Source: Candidatus Limnocylindrales bacterium
Lineage (GTDB): Bacteria > Chloroflexota > Limnocylindria > Limnocylindrales > CSP1-4
Direction: 5' to 3'
Length of the DNA stretch: 64,000 nt
Assembly (NCBI GenBank): GCA_049514315.1
Contig: JBEKVD010000007.1
Coordinates: forward strand, 11,719 to 75,718
The notes under the pieces were generated by a model. That model was not told where the DNA came from. It was given only the letters and a program-made list of their open reading frames with translations, and did no database searches. The position numbers and the translations under genes are program-made. This document shows, piece by piece, positions 9,976-18,387 of this stretch. How positions within the stretch are numbered: the stretch's first letter is position 1; each line of letters begins with the position of its first letter.

Positions 9976-10137
9976 CGCGGCCCGAGCCGTGGTGGACTTG
10001 CTTATCTTCGCCCTCGGGAATGCAACGCCGTGATTCGACCCTGCCGAAGGTGATCTGTCGCGGATGGTTGCGGGCTCGTGCTTGATGTCGCCTGCGGACT
10101 AGCCAACGGCGTATCGGTCGGCACTCGATCGGCACTT

Positions 10138-10311
10138 ACCATCGCCCCGGGCGAAGATGAGCGAGTCGCGGCTCCCTTGGCCGCGATACCATCGCCCCGG
10201 GCGAAGATGAGCGAGTCGCGCCCGGTTGCGGCGAGTCGCGCCCGGTTGCGGCGAATCGCGGCCGCGCGCCGGTAGTGGCCGCGCGCCGGTAGCGGCCGCG
10301 CGCCGGTAGCG
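10138..10311. repeat. Three adjacent tandem-repeat families: a 33-bp segment at 50-bp period x2, a 20-bp unit x2.5, and a 17-bp unit x3
   Basis: ACCATCGCCCCGGGCGAAGATGAGCGAGTCGCG occurs at 10138 and 10188. GCGAGTCGCGCCCGGTTGCG occurs at 10211 and 10231. GCCGCGCGCCGGTAG(T/C)G occurs at 10261, 10278 and 10295. Confidence 0.9.
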
Positions 10312-10414
10312 GTCGGTTGCTGCCGGAGGCGGCGGGCCTGGGCTGGAGAGCCGTCCAGCCGTCGGTCCGATGCCCCGAGCAGCGGACTCTGGCGAGGCGT
10401 TCTGGCGCTCGCCC

Positions 10415-10534
10415 GACCCGGGATTCCGACGCGGCCCCACCGGCGACCCGGGATTCCGACGCGGCCCCACCGGCGACCCGGGATTCCGACGCGGCCCCAC
10501 CGGCGACCCGGGATTCCGACGCGGCCCCACCTGC
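10415..10534. repeat. 30-bp perfect tandem repeat x4 (GACCCGGGATTCCGACGCGGCCCCACCGGC)
   Basis: Four head-to-tail copies with no spacers; the last copy has one mismatch. The array lies just upstream of the deacetylase start. Confidence 0.95.
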
Positions 10535-10570
10535 GACGCGGCGCATCGCTTGCGCGATGATAGGGCCGTG

Positions 10571-12385
10571 GTGAGTCAGGTTGACCGGCCGCTCCTCGTC
10601 TTCGGACCGCGTTCGATCGCCTACGACTTTGGGCGGGGGCATCCGCTGAGCCCCAGGCGTTTCGGGCCGGGGATCGAGCTGTTGCGTGCAGTCGGCGCCG
10701 AGCCGGGCCTGGCGCCCGAGCCCGCTTCGGACGGCGAGCTCGAGTGGCTGCACTCGGCGGACTTCATCGCGGCCGTGCGCCGCTTCTCGGCCGATCCCGG
10801 CAGGCCACCGGAAGCGGGGATCGGGCCGGGCGACGATCCGGCCTTTGCCGGCATGCACGAGGCCGCGGCGGCGGTTGCCGGCGGGTCGATTCGGGCAATG
10901 GAGGCCATCCTGCGCGGCGACACCGACCACGCCTACCACCCCGGAGGCGGGCTCCACCACGCTATGCGGGCGCGGGCGAGCGGCTTCTGCATTTACAACG
11001 ACGCCGCGCTCGCGATCGCCAGGGCGAGGCGCGACGGGCTCCGGGTCCTGTACGTCGACCTCGACGTCCACCACGGCGATGGCGTCCAGGCCCTCCACTA
11101 TGACGATCCAGGAGTCATGACGGTCTCCTTCCACGAATCGGGCCGCACGCTCTTCCCGGGCACGGGTTTCGTCGGCGAGCTGGGGGAGGGAATCGCGGCG
11201 GGCACCTCCGTCAATGTTCCGCTCGAGCCCCACACCGGACCCGAGCCGTGGCTGGCTGCGGTGCGGGCCCTGGTTCCGCTCCTTGCCGCGGCATTCGGGC
11301 CGGACGTGGTCGTGAGCCAGCACGGCGCCGACGGCCACGCCTGGGATCCGCTGGCCCACCTCGACCTGACGACTACGGCGATGGGCGAGGCGGCCCGGCT
11401 GGTCGATCGGGTTGCGCATCGATACGCTGGGGGACGGTGGTTCGCGACCGGCGGCGGCGGTTACGCGGTCTACAGCGTCGTGCCGCGAGTCTGGACGATG
11501 ACCTGGCTGGCGGGAGCGCACCGGGAGGTTCCTCGGATGCTGCCGGAGGCGTGGCGAGCCCGATGGGAAGGAGAGGCCGCCCGGTGGGGAGAAGCCCCGC
11601 TGCCCGAAACATTCGAGGATGGGCCGGGCCTGCCGGTCGACGGGCCGGTCGGCCGGGCTGCAGCCGAGAAGGACCGGCGCACGGTTGAGCTTGTTCGCAC
11701 CGTTGCGGTGCCGGCTCTGCTGAGCGTTGCCGAGGAGCGGGGGTGGTGGCGGTTCGACGAGGCGGGGCCCGCAACGACGACGCGCGCCGGGCCGGCGGCA
11801 GAAGCGCCGCCGGCCCGCCGGGAAACGCAAACGCCGCCGGCCTCCGGGCCGGCGTCCGCGCTGATCGCGCCGCTCACTCCGGGCGCACTCGATTCCATGG
11901 CCGTGGCTCCGCGGGTGATGATTCCGGCCGACCCGACTCTCGCCGCGGGAATCCTTCGCGCCGCCCTGCGTGACGGCGCGGTGGCCACCGGCGCCGTCAG
12001 CGGCGACCGTCTCGTGGGCGTGGCGCTGGCGGCGTCGACTCCGCTCGACGGCGTTGACCGGCTCGTGGCTTTGGGCGTGGCACCCGAGTGGAGGCGCTGC
12101 GGCCTGGCCACCGCCATGCTCGGAGCCCTCGTCGAGGAGCAGAGCCGACGTGGTCGCGCTCTGGCCGCGCTTCACACGGTCGCGGAGCGCGACCCGGTGG
12201 ACCCGCTGCCCCGGGCGGTGCGCCGGGAAGTCGCGGAGAAGCTCCTCGGCCGCGCTTGCCGGATGCGCCCGGTTCCTCGGGACGTGGCCGCGGCCGACCC
12301 CTGCGCGCTCCTTGCCGTCCACGTGCCGGCTGGCCTGCCGGGGGACACGGAGGCTGCGGCCGACGGCTGGCTCTCTCGAACTTAG
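10571..12385 (+). CDS. AcuC/histone-deacetylase-family (class I HDAC-like) deacetylase with a C-terminal extension of about 200 aa carrying a GNAT-like motif
   Basis: HDAC core: HPGGGLHHAMRARASGFCIYNDAALA...VLYVDLDVHHGDGVQ...SFHE. The C-terminus has LVALGVAPEWRRCGLATAMLGALVEE, which resembles GNAT motif A. The GTG 10571 start is chosen from AGGG at 5 nt spacing and from typical AcuC N-termini; ATG 10370 would add the repeat-encoded extension. Confidence 0.8.
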   Translation: MSQVDRPLLVFGPRSIAYDFGRGHPLSPRRFGPGIELLRAVGAEPGLAPEPASDGELEWLHSADFIAAVRRFSADPGRPPEAGIGPGDDPAFAGMHEAAAAVAGGSIRAMEAILRGDTDHAYHPGGGLHHAMRARASGFCIYNDAALAIARARRDGLRVLYVDLDVHHGDGVQALHYDDPGVMTVSFHESGRTLFPGTGFVGELGEGIAAGTSVNVPLEPHTGPEPWLAAVRALVPLLAAAFGPDVVVSQHGADGHAWDPLAHLDLTTTAMGEAARLVDRVAHRYAGGRWFATGGGGYAVYSVVPRVWTMTWLAGAHREVPRMLPEAWRARWEGEAARWGEAPLPETFEDGPGLPVDGPVGRAAAEKDRRTVELVRTVAVPALLSVAEERGWWRFDEAGPATTTRAGPAAEAPPARRETQTPPASGPASALIAPLTPGALDSMAVAPRVMIPADPTLAAGILRAALRDGAVATGAVSGDRLVGVALAASTPLDGVDRLVALGVAPEWRRCGLATAMLGALVEEQSRRGRALAALHTVAERDPVDPLPRAVRREVAEKLLGRACRMRPVPRDVAAADPCALLAVHVPAGLPGDTEAAADGWLSRT

Positions 12386-12396
12386 GCGTCGCTCTG

Positions 12397-12432
12397 CCCC
12401 AGATCGGCCGCTTGCAGTCGGCCGATCTGGGG
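12397..12432 (+). terminator. Perfect 14-bp GC-rich hairpin after the deacetylase gene (no U-tract)
   Basis: CCCCAGATCGGCCG-cttgcagt-CGGCCGATCTGGGG begins 12 nt after the stop codon. Confidence 0.5.
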
Positions 12433-12727
12433 GCCTCATCCTGAGGTCGATCCCGGCCTGACATTCCGGCGGGGTACGGCCTAATGGTAAGCGGCTTCAT
12501 ATACATTCGAGCCGGTCGTGCCGCTGTTTTCCCCAAGCAACGTTAAGCGCCGTGGTAGTAATTGGACCCTCGGCGCCGTTCACTTGCGCCAAACAAACGA
12601 ATGGTAACTTGGCAGGTGTTCAAAAAGGTCCGTCCGGCCCATGCCAAACGGGACCAACGGCATGGCGGTCGATCAGTAAGTACGTATATGTTTGATCCAT
12701 CGATTTCAAAGGGGTCTGGCGCCCGGG

Positions 12728-13285
12728 ATGACCTGGGTCGCAGACCAGCAGCGAAAGGTGCAGGGAACAGTGGTGGATAGCAAGGGGCGTGGGATCTTCA
12801 TCCTTCGGGCAGGGCTCGGACTTGGCTTCCTCTTTGCAGGGCTGGACAAATTCTTCATGTGGGCGAGCGGCACGCCGTTCACCTCGGCGGGCTATCTCGT
12901 GCATGCCACTTCCGGTTCCTGGCTCGGCAGCGCCGCGACCGCGGTCGTGAACCCGACTCATGGCTTCTGGGTCTCCCTGGCGGGCAACGCCAGCCTCGTC
13001 TCGGTGATCGACACGCTCGTCGTTTTCGGCGAGTGCGCGATCGGGATCGCGCTCGTCCTCGGTCTCGCGACGCGCTTCGCGGCCGTGATGGGCACGCTCC
13101 TTATGGCCATGCTCTACATCTCGAACTGGAGCTTCGCCACCGGCCCGTTCAACGAGCAGTTCATGTACGGCTTGATCGCGATCACGATCGCCTACGTCGG
13201 TGCTGGCGCATACGCCCTGGACACGGTCGTGGCCAAGCTCGCCATCGCCAACAGGATCCCGGTCGTCAAGTACGCCCTGGGGTAG
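12728..13285 (+). CDS. DoxX family membrane protein
   Basis: Pattern GIFILRAGLGLGFLFAGLDKF...VFGECAIGIALVLGLATRFAAVMGTLLMAM, with four TM segments. The start is uncertain (TTG 12692 or ATG 12728). Confidence 0.6.
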   Translation: MTWVADQQRKVQGTVVDSKGRGIFILRAGLGLGFLFAGLDKFFMWASGTPFTSAGYLVHATSGSWLGSAATAVVNPTHGFWVSLAGNASLVSVIDTLVVFGECAIGIALVLGLATRFAAVMGTLLMAMLYISNWSFATGPFNEQFMYGLIAITIAYVGAGAYALDTVVAKLAIANRIPVVKYALG

Positions 13286-13343
13286 GTCCAGCGACGAACC
13301 AGCAGGCGGGGAGAGTCTCGTCCCAATTCCTCCCTGCACTCGG

Positions 13344-13383
13344 GACGGCGGGCCGCAAGGCTCGCCGTCTCTTTTCGTCTTTG
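13344..13383 (+). terminator. Intrinsic terminator downstream of doxX-like gene
   Basis: GACGGCG-12 nt loop-CGCCGTC followed by TCTTTTCGTCTTT. Confidence 0.6.
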
Positions 13384-13524
13384 AGGGTTTCCAGTCAAAT
13401 GCGTCCGTTCTGCTGACCACGGCTGTGTCTGTCGCGACCCAAGCAGGGTTGGCCACACGCCCGCCGTGCTGACGGCTTAGAACGAATGGTCTAATCCAGG
13501 CCGGGCCCCTATACTGGGCGCCTC

Positions 13525-16500
13525 GTGGCTGCCTCAACCCGACCGCGCTCTCGGCGTGACGACCCGCTTGCCCCCTTTGGGCCGCCCGTGGCGGAGTGGT
13601 TTCGGTCTGCCTTCGCGGCCCCCACGCCGGCCCAGGTCGGCGGCTGGGTCAGCATCGCGGCCGGTCGACACACCCTGATCCATGCCCCAACGGGCAGTGG
13701 CAAGACACTGGCCGCGTTCCTGTGGACGCTGGACCGGCTGGCTCGCGAGCCGAGGCCGAAGACGCCGACCGTCCGCGTCCTGTACATCTCACCGCTCAAG
13801 GCCCTCATCTACGACGTCGAACGGAACCTGCGTACTCCGCTCGCCGGAATCCGGCTCGCAGCCGATCGGCTGGGCGAGTCGATGCTCCCGATCGAAGTCG
13901 GCGTCCGAACGGGTGACACCCCGGCCGACGAACGACGCCACCTCGTTCGCAACCCGCCGGACATCCTGATCACGACGCCCGAATCCCTCTACCTGATCCT
14001 GACGAGCGGGGCCGCCGAGATCCTGCGGGGCGTGGAGCACGTGATCGTTGACGAGGTCCACGCCCTTGCGGGCACAAAGCGCGGCGCCCACCTGGCCCTG
14101 AGCCTGGAGCGGCTGGAGAAGCTGGCCGCGCGGCCGCCGCAGCGGATCGGCCTGTCGGCCACCCAACGCCCGGTCGAGACGATCGCCAGGTTCCTCGGTG
14201 GCGTTGGGCCGGGCAGGGCGGGGGAATCGCGGGACGTCCGAATAGTCGACGCCGGTTCGCGCAAGGTCCTCGAGCTGTCGGTACGAGTCCCGGTCGAGGA
14301 CATGAGCAAGCCCAGCGAGATCCTGTCGCCTGAAGAGCGGGGAATCGGTTCGGCCGATGGCCCGGAGGCGCGCCAGGGTATCTGGCCGTCGATCTACCCG
14401 CGAATCCTCGAACTGATCCACGAGCACCACTCCACCATCGTCTTCTGCAACTCTCGCCGCCTGGCCGAACGGCTCGCCAACAAGCTCAACGAGCTGGCCG
14501 GTGAAGAGCTGGTTCGAGCCCACCACGGATCGCTCGCCCGCGAGCAGCGGGTCGAGATCGAGGAGGCTCTCAAGGCCGGCCGCCTGCCCGCCATCGTCGC
14601 CACCAGCTCGCTCGAGCTCGGCATCGACATGGGCGCGGTCGATCTGGTGATCCAGGTCGAGTCGCCGGCCAGCGTCGCCGGCGGTCTGCAACGCATAGGT
14701 CGAGCAGGGCATCACGTCGGCGAACCCAGCCGCGGCGTCTTCTTCCCTAAGTATCGAGGCGACCTCCTCGAGACCGCGGTGGTCACGGCGCGGATGCACG
14801 AGGGCGCGATCGAGGAGACGAAGCTGCCGCGCAACCCGCTCGACGTGCTGGCGCAGCAGATCGTCGCCATGACCGTGCGCGAGGCGTGGACTGCGGACGA
14901 GCTGTTCGAGACCGTCCGGCGGGCGGCTTCGTACGAGAGCCTGACGCGCGACGCGTTCGAGGCGGTCCTCGGGATGCTGGCCGGTGCGTATCCGTCGGAC
15001 GAGTTCGCCGAACTGAAGGCGCGGCTGGTGTGGGATCGAGAGACCGGCTGCGTCCAGGGCAGACGGGACGCTCGGACGGTGGCCATCACGAGCGGCGGCA
15101 CGATTCCCGATCGCGGGCTCTACCCGGTGTTCTTGATCGGCGAGGCCGGGACGTCCGGGCGCCGCGTCGGCGAGCTCGACGAGGAAATGGTCTACGAGAG
15201 CCGGGTCGGCGAGGTCATCGCGCTCGGGGCCACGAGCTGGCGGATCGAGGAGATAAGGCCCGACCGCGTGGTGGTATCGCCCGCGCCGGGAGTGCCCGGC
15301 AAGATCCCGTTCTGGCACGGCGACGGGCTCGGCCGGCCGATCGAGCTGGGGCGGGCGCTGGGCGCGTTCGTTCGCGAGCTCGAGGGCGACCTCGGTCGCG
15401 GCGAGAGCGGGCGTGAACGGGCTCGACGTCGGCTGGTCGAGCACCACGACCTGGATGACCTCGCGGCCGACAACGTTCTCGAGTACCTGACCGAGGAGCG
15501 CCGGGTGGCCGGGTCTCTGCCCACCGACCGCCGGATCGTGATCGAGAGGTTCCGCGACGAGCTCGGCGACTGGCGGGTCATCATCCTGACGCCGTTCGGC
15601 GGCCGGGTCCACGCCCCATGGGCCATGGCGATCGAGTCGCGTCTGGACGAGCGGCTCGGCGGGAACGCTCAGACGATCTGGTCGGACGACGGCATCGCGA
15701 TCCGGCTGCCTGAGGGCGAGGTTGCCGGCGGCTGGTTCGGGGGCGACGGCCGCACCCTCGGTGGCGCGGCCGATTTGGGCAGCGGCGGGGCAGGCGGCTT
15801 TCGGGATCTGCTCTTTCCATCGGTCGAGGAAGTCGAGGACCTGGTCGTGGGGCGACTGGGCTCCTCGGCCATGTTCGCGGCCAGGTTCCGTGAGAACGCC
15901 GCCCGGGCTCTTCTCCTGCCGCGGCGGCGGCCGGGGACGCGAACCCCGCTCTGGCTGCAGCGCCAGCGCTCCGCCGGACTGCTGGCCGTCGCCATCAGGT
16001 ACGGCTCGTTCCCGATCATCGTCGAAACGTACCGCGAGTGCCTGGCCGACCTGTTCGACCTGCCCGCCCTGCGCGAGGTGCTCGGTGGAGTGGCGCGCCG
16101 CGAGATCGAGGTTCGGGACGTGGAGACGGTCGCGGCATCGCCCTTCGCCGGCTCGCTCCTGTTCAACTACCTGGCCGCGTTCATGTACGAAGGGGATGCA
16201 CCGCTGGCGGAGCGGCGGGCGGGTGCGCTGGCCCTTGACCGCGAGCTGTTGCGCGAGCTGCTCGGCCAGGAGGAGCTGCGCGACCTGATCGATCCGGAAG
16301 CCCTGGCGGACCTCGAGTCGGGGCTGCAGGCGCTGGTGCCGGAACGGGCGGCTCGCTCGGCAGACGCACTGCACGACCTGCTGCGCCGGCTCGGCGACCT
16401 GACCGCAGAGGAGGCCGCGGCGCGGATCGCCGAGCCCGCAGCGGCCGGCGACTGGCTGGCGACCCTCGAAGGATCGCGACGGGCAATCGCGGTGCGGATC

Positions 16501-18387
16501 TCGGGCGGCATCCGATGGATCGCGATCGAGGATGCGGGCCGATATCGCGACGCCATGGGTGCAGCGCTGCCCCTCGGAGTCCCGACGGCGTTCCTCGCGC
16601 CGGTCGAGGACGCGCTGGGCGGCCTCGTGGCGCGGTGGGCCCGAAGCCACGGTCCATTCCACTCGGGGGAGCCGGCACGGCGTTGGGCTCTGCCGGTGGC
16701 TCGGGTCCAGGAGTCGCTGGCCCAGCTGCTTGAGGCGGGCGCGATACTCCGGGGCGAATTCCGGCCGGGCGGCACGGAAAGGGAGTGGTGCGATCCGGAA
16801 GTCCTGCGCCAGCTTCGGCGTCGCTCACTGGCCCGGCTGCGGCGCGAGGTGGAGCCGGTCGACCAGGTGGTGCTGGCCCGGTTCCTGCCGGCATGGCAGG
16901 GCGTCACTCCGGTCGGGGAGGGGGCAGCGGCCGCCCTGCGCGGTGAGGCCGCGCTCGAGCGGCTGGCGGAGGTAATCGATCAGCTGGCCGGCCTCCCGGT
17001 CCCCGCCTCAGTCCTGGAGCGCGACGTGTTGCCGGCCCGAATCGCCAGCTATCAGCCGCGCCTGATCGACGAGCTCGGCGCACTCGGCGAGGTTGGCTGG
17101 GCAGGCGCCGGAAGCCTGGGCCGTGACGACGGGCGGATCGTGCTCTTCCGGCCCGGCCGAGGGGCCGGGCGCGATCTGTCCATCGAAGGGGCGGCCGCAC
17201 CTGTGGACGAGCTGCACGAGCGACTCCGCGAACGGCTGCGGGACCGCGGCGCGTCCTTCTACCGAGACCTGCAGTCCGCCGCCGGCTCGGCCTCCGAGCG
17301 TGAGATCCTCGACGCCCTGTGGGACCTTGTGTGGGCCGGCGAGCTGACCAACGACACCTTCGCTCCACTGCGGGCGCTGCGCTGGCGGCGACCCTCTGGG
17401 GAGCGACGGCCTCGGCCGGGACGGCTCGGGACGGCTCCGCCGGAGGCAGCCGGTCGGTGGTCTCTCGTTGAGCGAGGTGGAGCGGTGAGCGGGGCGGCTC
17501 AGCCCGGATCTGAGGCGGCGAGCTCGACGGCGAGCTCGACCATGACCCAGCGCCTTCACACCCTGGCCGCAGCGCTGCTCGATCGCCACGGAGTCCTGAC
17601 CCGCGAGGCGGTTTCGGCCGAGGACGTGGCCGGTGGCTTCAGCGCCGTCTATCCGGTGCTTCGGGCAATGGAGGAGTCCGGCAGGATTCGTCGCGGTTAC
17701 TTCGTCGAAGGGCTCGGGGCCGGACAGTTCGCCCTCCCCGGAGCAGTGGACCGGTTGCGGTCCATGCGGGAGCCGTGGCCGGCAAGCGCGCAGGCCGCCG
17801 GGTCCTCGGCCGGCGGCCTGGCGAAGGCCGAGGCGGGCGCCGCGTCGGTTGGCCCGCCCCGACCGACCGTCCACCTCCTCGCCGCCACCGACCCCGCCAA
17901 CCCGTACGGCGCTGCGCTCGCCTGGCCCCGCCGGGGCGACCTGGACCGGCGCCCGTTACAGCGAGCCGCCGGCGCATACGCGATCCTCGTCGACGGTGCG
18001 GCCGTTCTGTACCTGGAGCGAGACGGCCACTCCATTCGAACCCTGCCTGCCTCGGACGATCCCGCTACGGCCGCCGCGGCCTTCACCGCGCTCCGCGCCC
18101 TGGTCGACGACGGGCGTCTGCGAGAGCTGGTAATCAGCCGGGTGGACGGCGTCGCCGTCTCAGCCTCGCCGTGGCGGACGATCCTCGAGAAAGCCGGCTT
18201 CGTGGCCGGGTACCGGGGCCACGTTCTCCGATCCGCCGGTCGGCGTCGCCTGGCCGACTCGATCGGGACGGCCCACGGCGCGGCGCCGCCCGTCGTGCCT
18301 GACCTGTCGGCCTCGCGGTCGGCCGGGCCTCAGGCGCTGGCCAGGATGTTCTTCAGATCTCCGCCGATCGACAAGCCCCGGGCATAG
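13525..18387 (+). CDS. lhr: Lhr-family ATP-dependent DEAD/DEAH-box helicase (large helicase-related protein)
   Basis: Walker A (APTGSGKTLAAF), DEVH box (VIVDEVHAL), motif VI (QRIGRAGH), and the characteristic length of about 1600 aa with a long C-terminal domain. Confidence 0.92.
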   Translation: MAASTRPRSRRDDPLAPFGPPVAEWFRSAFAAPTPAQVGGWVSIAAGRHTLIHAPTGSGKTLAAFLWTLDRLAREPRPKTPTVRVLYISPLKALIYDVERNLRTPLAGIRLAADRLGESMLPIEVGVRTGDTPADERRHLVRNPPDILITTPESLYLILTSGAAEILRGVEHVIVDEVHALAGTKRGAHLALSLERLEKLAARPPQRIGLSATQRPVETIARFLGGVGPGRAGESRDVRIVDAGSRKVLELSVRVPVEDMSKPSEILSPEERGIGSADGPEARQGIWPSIYPRILELIHEHHSTIVFCNSRRLAERLANKLNELAGEELVRAHHGSLAREQRVEIEEALKAGRLPAIVATSSLELGIDMGAVDLVIQVESPASVAGGLQRIGRAGHHVGEPSRGVFFPKYRGDLLETAVVTARMHEGAIEETKLPRNPLDVLAQQIVAMTVREAWTADELFETVRRAASYESLTRDAFEAVLGMLAGAYPSDEFAELKARLVWDRETGCVQGRRDARTVAITSGGTIPDRGLYPVFLIGEAGTSGRRVGELDEEMVYESRVGEVIALGATSWRIEEIRPDRVVVSPAPGVPGKIPFWHGDGLGRPIELGRALGAFVRELEGDLGRGESGRERARRRLVEHHDLDDLAADNVLEYLTEERRVAGSLPTDRRIVIERFRDELGDWRVIILTPFGGRVHAPWAMAIESRLDERLGGNAQTIWSDDGIAIRLPEGEVAGGWFGGDGRTLGGAADLGSGGAGGFRDLLFPSVEEVEDLVVGRLGSSAMFAARFRENAARALLLPRRRPGTRTPLWLQRQRSAGLLAVAIRYGSFPIIVETYRECLADLFDLPALREVLGGVARREIEVRDVETVAASPFAGSLLFNYLAAFMYEGDAPLAERRAGALALDRELLRELLGQEELRDLIDPEALADLESGLQALVPERAARSADALHDLLRRLGDLTAEEAAARIAEPAAAGDWLATLEGSRRAIAVRISGGIRWIAIEDAGRYRDAMGAALPLGVPTAFLAPVEDALGGLVARWARSHGPFHSGEPARRWALPVARVQESLAQLLEAGAILRGEFRPGGTEREWCDPEVLRQLRRRSLARLRREVEPVDQVVLARFLPAWQGVTPVGEGAAAALRGEAALERLAEVIDQLAGLPVPASVLERDVLPARIASYQPRLIDELGALGEVGWAGAGSLGRDDGRIVLFRPGRGAGRDLSIEGAAAPVDELHERLRERLRDRGASFYRDLQSAAGSASEREILDALWDLVWAGELTNDTFAPLRALRWRRPSGERRPRPGRLGTAPPEAAGRWSLVERGGAVSGAAQPGSEAASSTASSTMTQRLHTLAAALLDRHGVLTREAVSAEDVAGGFSAVYPVLRAMEESGRIRRGYFVEGLGAGQFALPGAVDRLRSMREPWPASAQAAGSSAGGLAKAEAGAASVGPPRPTVHLLAATDPANPYGAALAWPRRGDLDRRPLQRAAGAYAILVDGAAVLYLERDGHSIRTLPASDDPATAAAAFTALRALVDDGRLRELVISRVDGVAVSASPWRTILEKAGFVAGYRGHVLRSAGRRRLADSIGTAHGAAPPVVPDLSASRSAGPQALARMFFRSPPIDKPRA

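Noticed and set aside
9695-10534. CRISPR array.
   Set aside because: All the repeats are directly head to tail with no unique spacers. Unit lengths are 15-30 bp and come from several unrelated families. No cas genes are in the window.
10370-10570. ATG 10370 as the deacetylase start, which would add a (GDPGFRRGPT)x4 N-terminal extension encoded by the 30-bp repeat.
   Set aside because: - AcuC/HDAC homologues start close to the ...LLVFGPRSIAYDFG segment.
- GTG 10571 has a better-placed purine-rich RBS.
- The repeat is also open in the opposite strand.

This is kept as an uncertainty, not excluded outright.
18330-18387. A 58-nt convergent overlap of the lhr and deacetylase 3' ends.
   Set aside because: It is probably a trivial consequence of stop-codon scarcity at the end of lhr. 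The Lhr tail here is low-complexity, and nothing further is supported.
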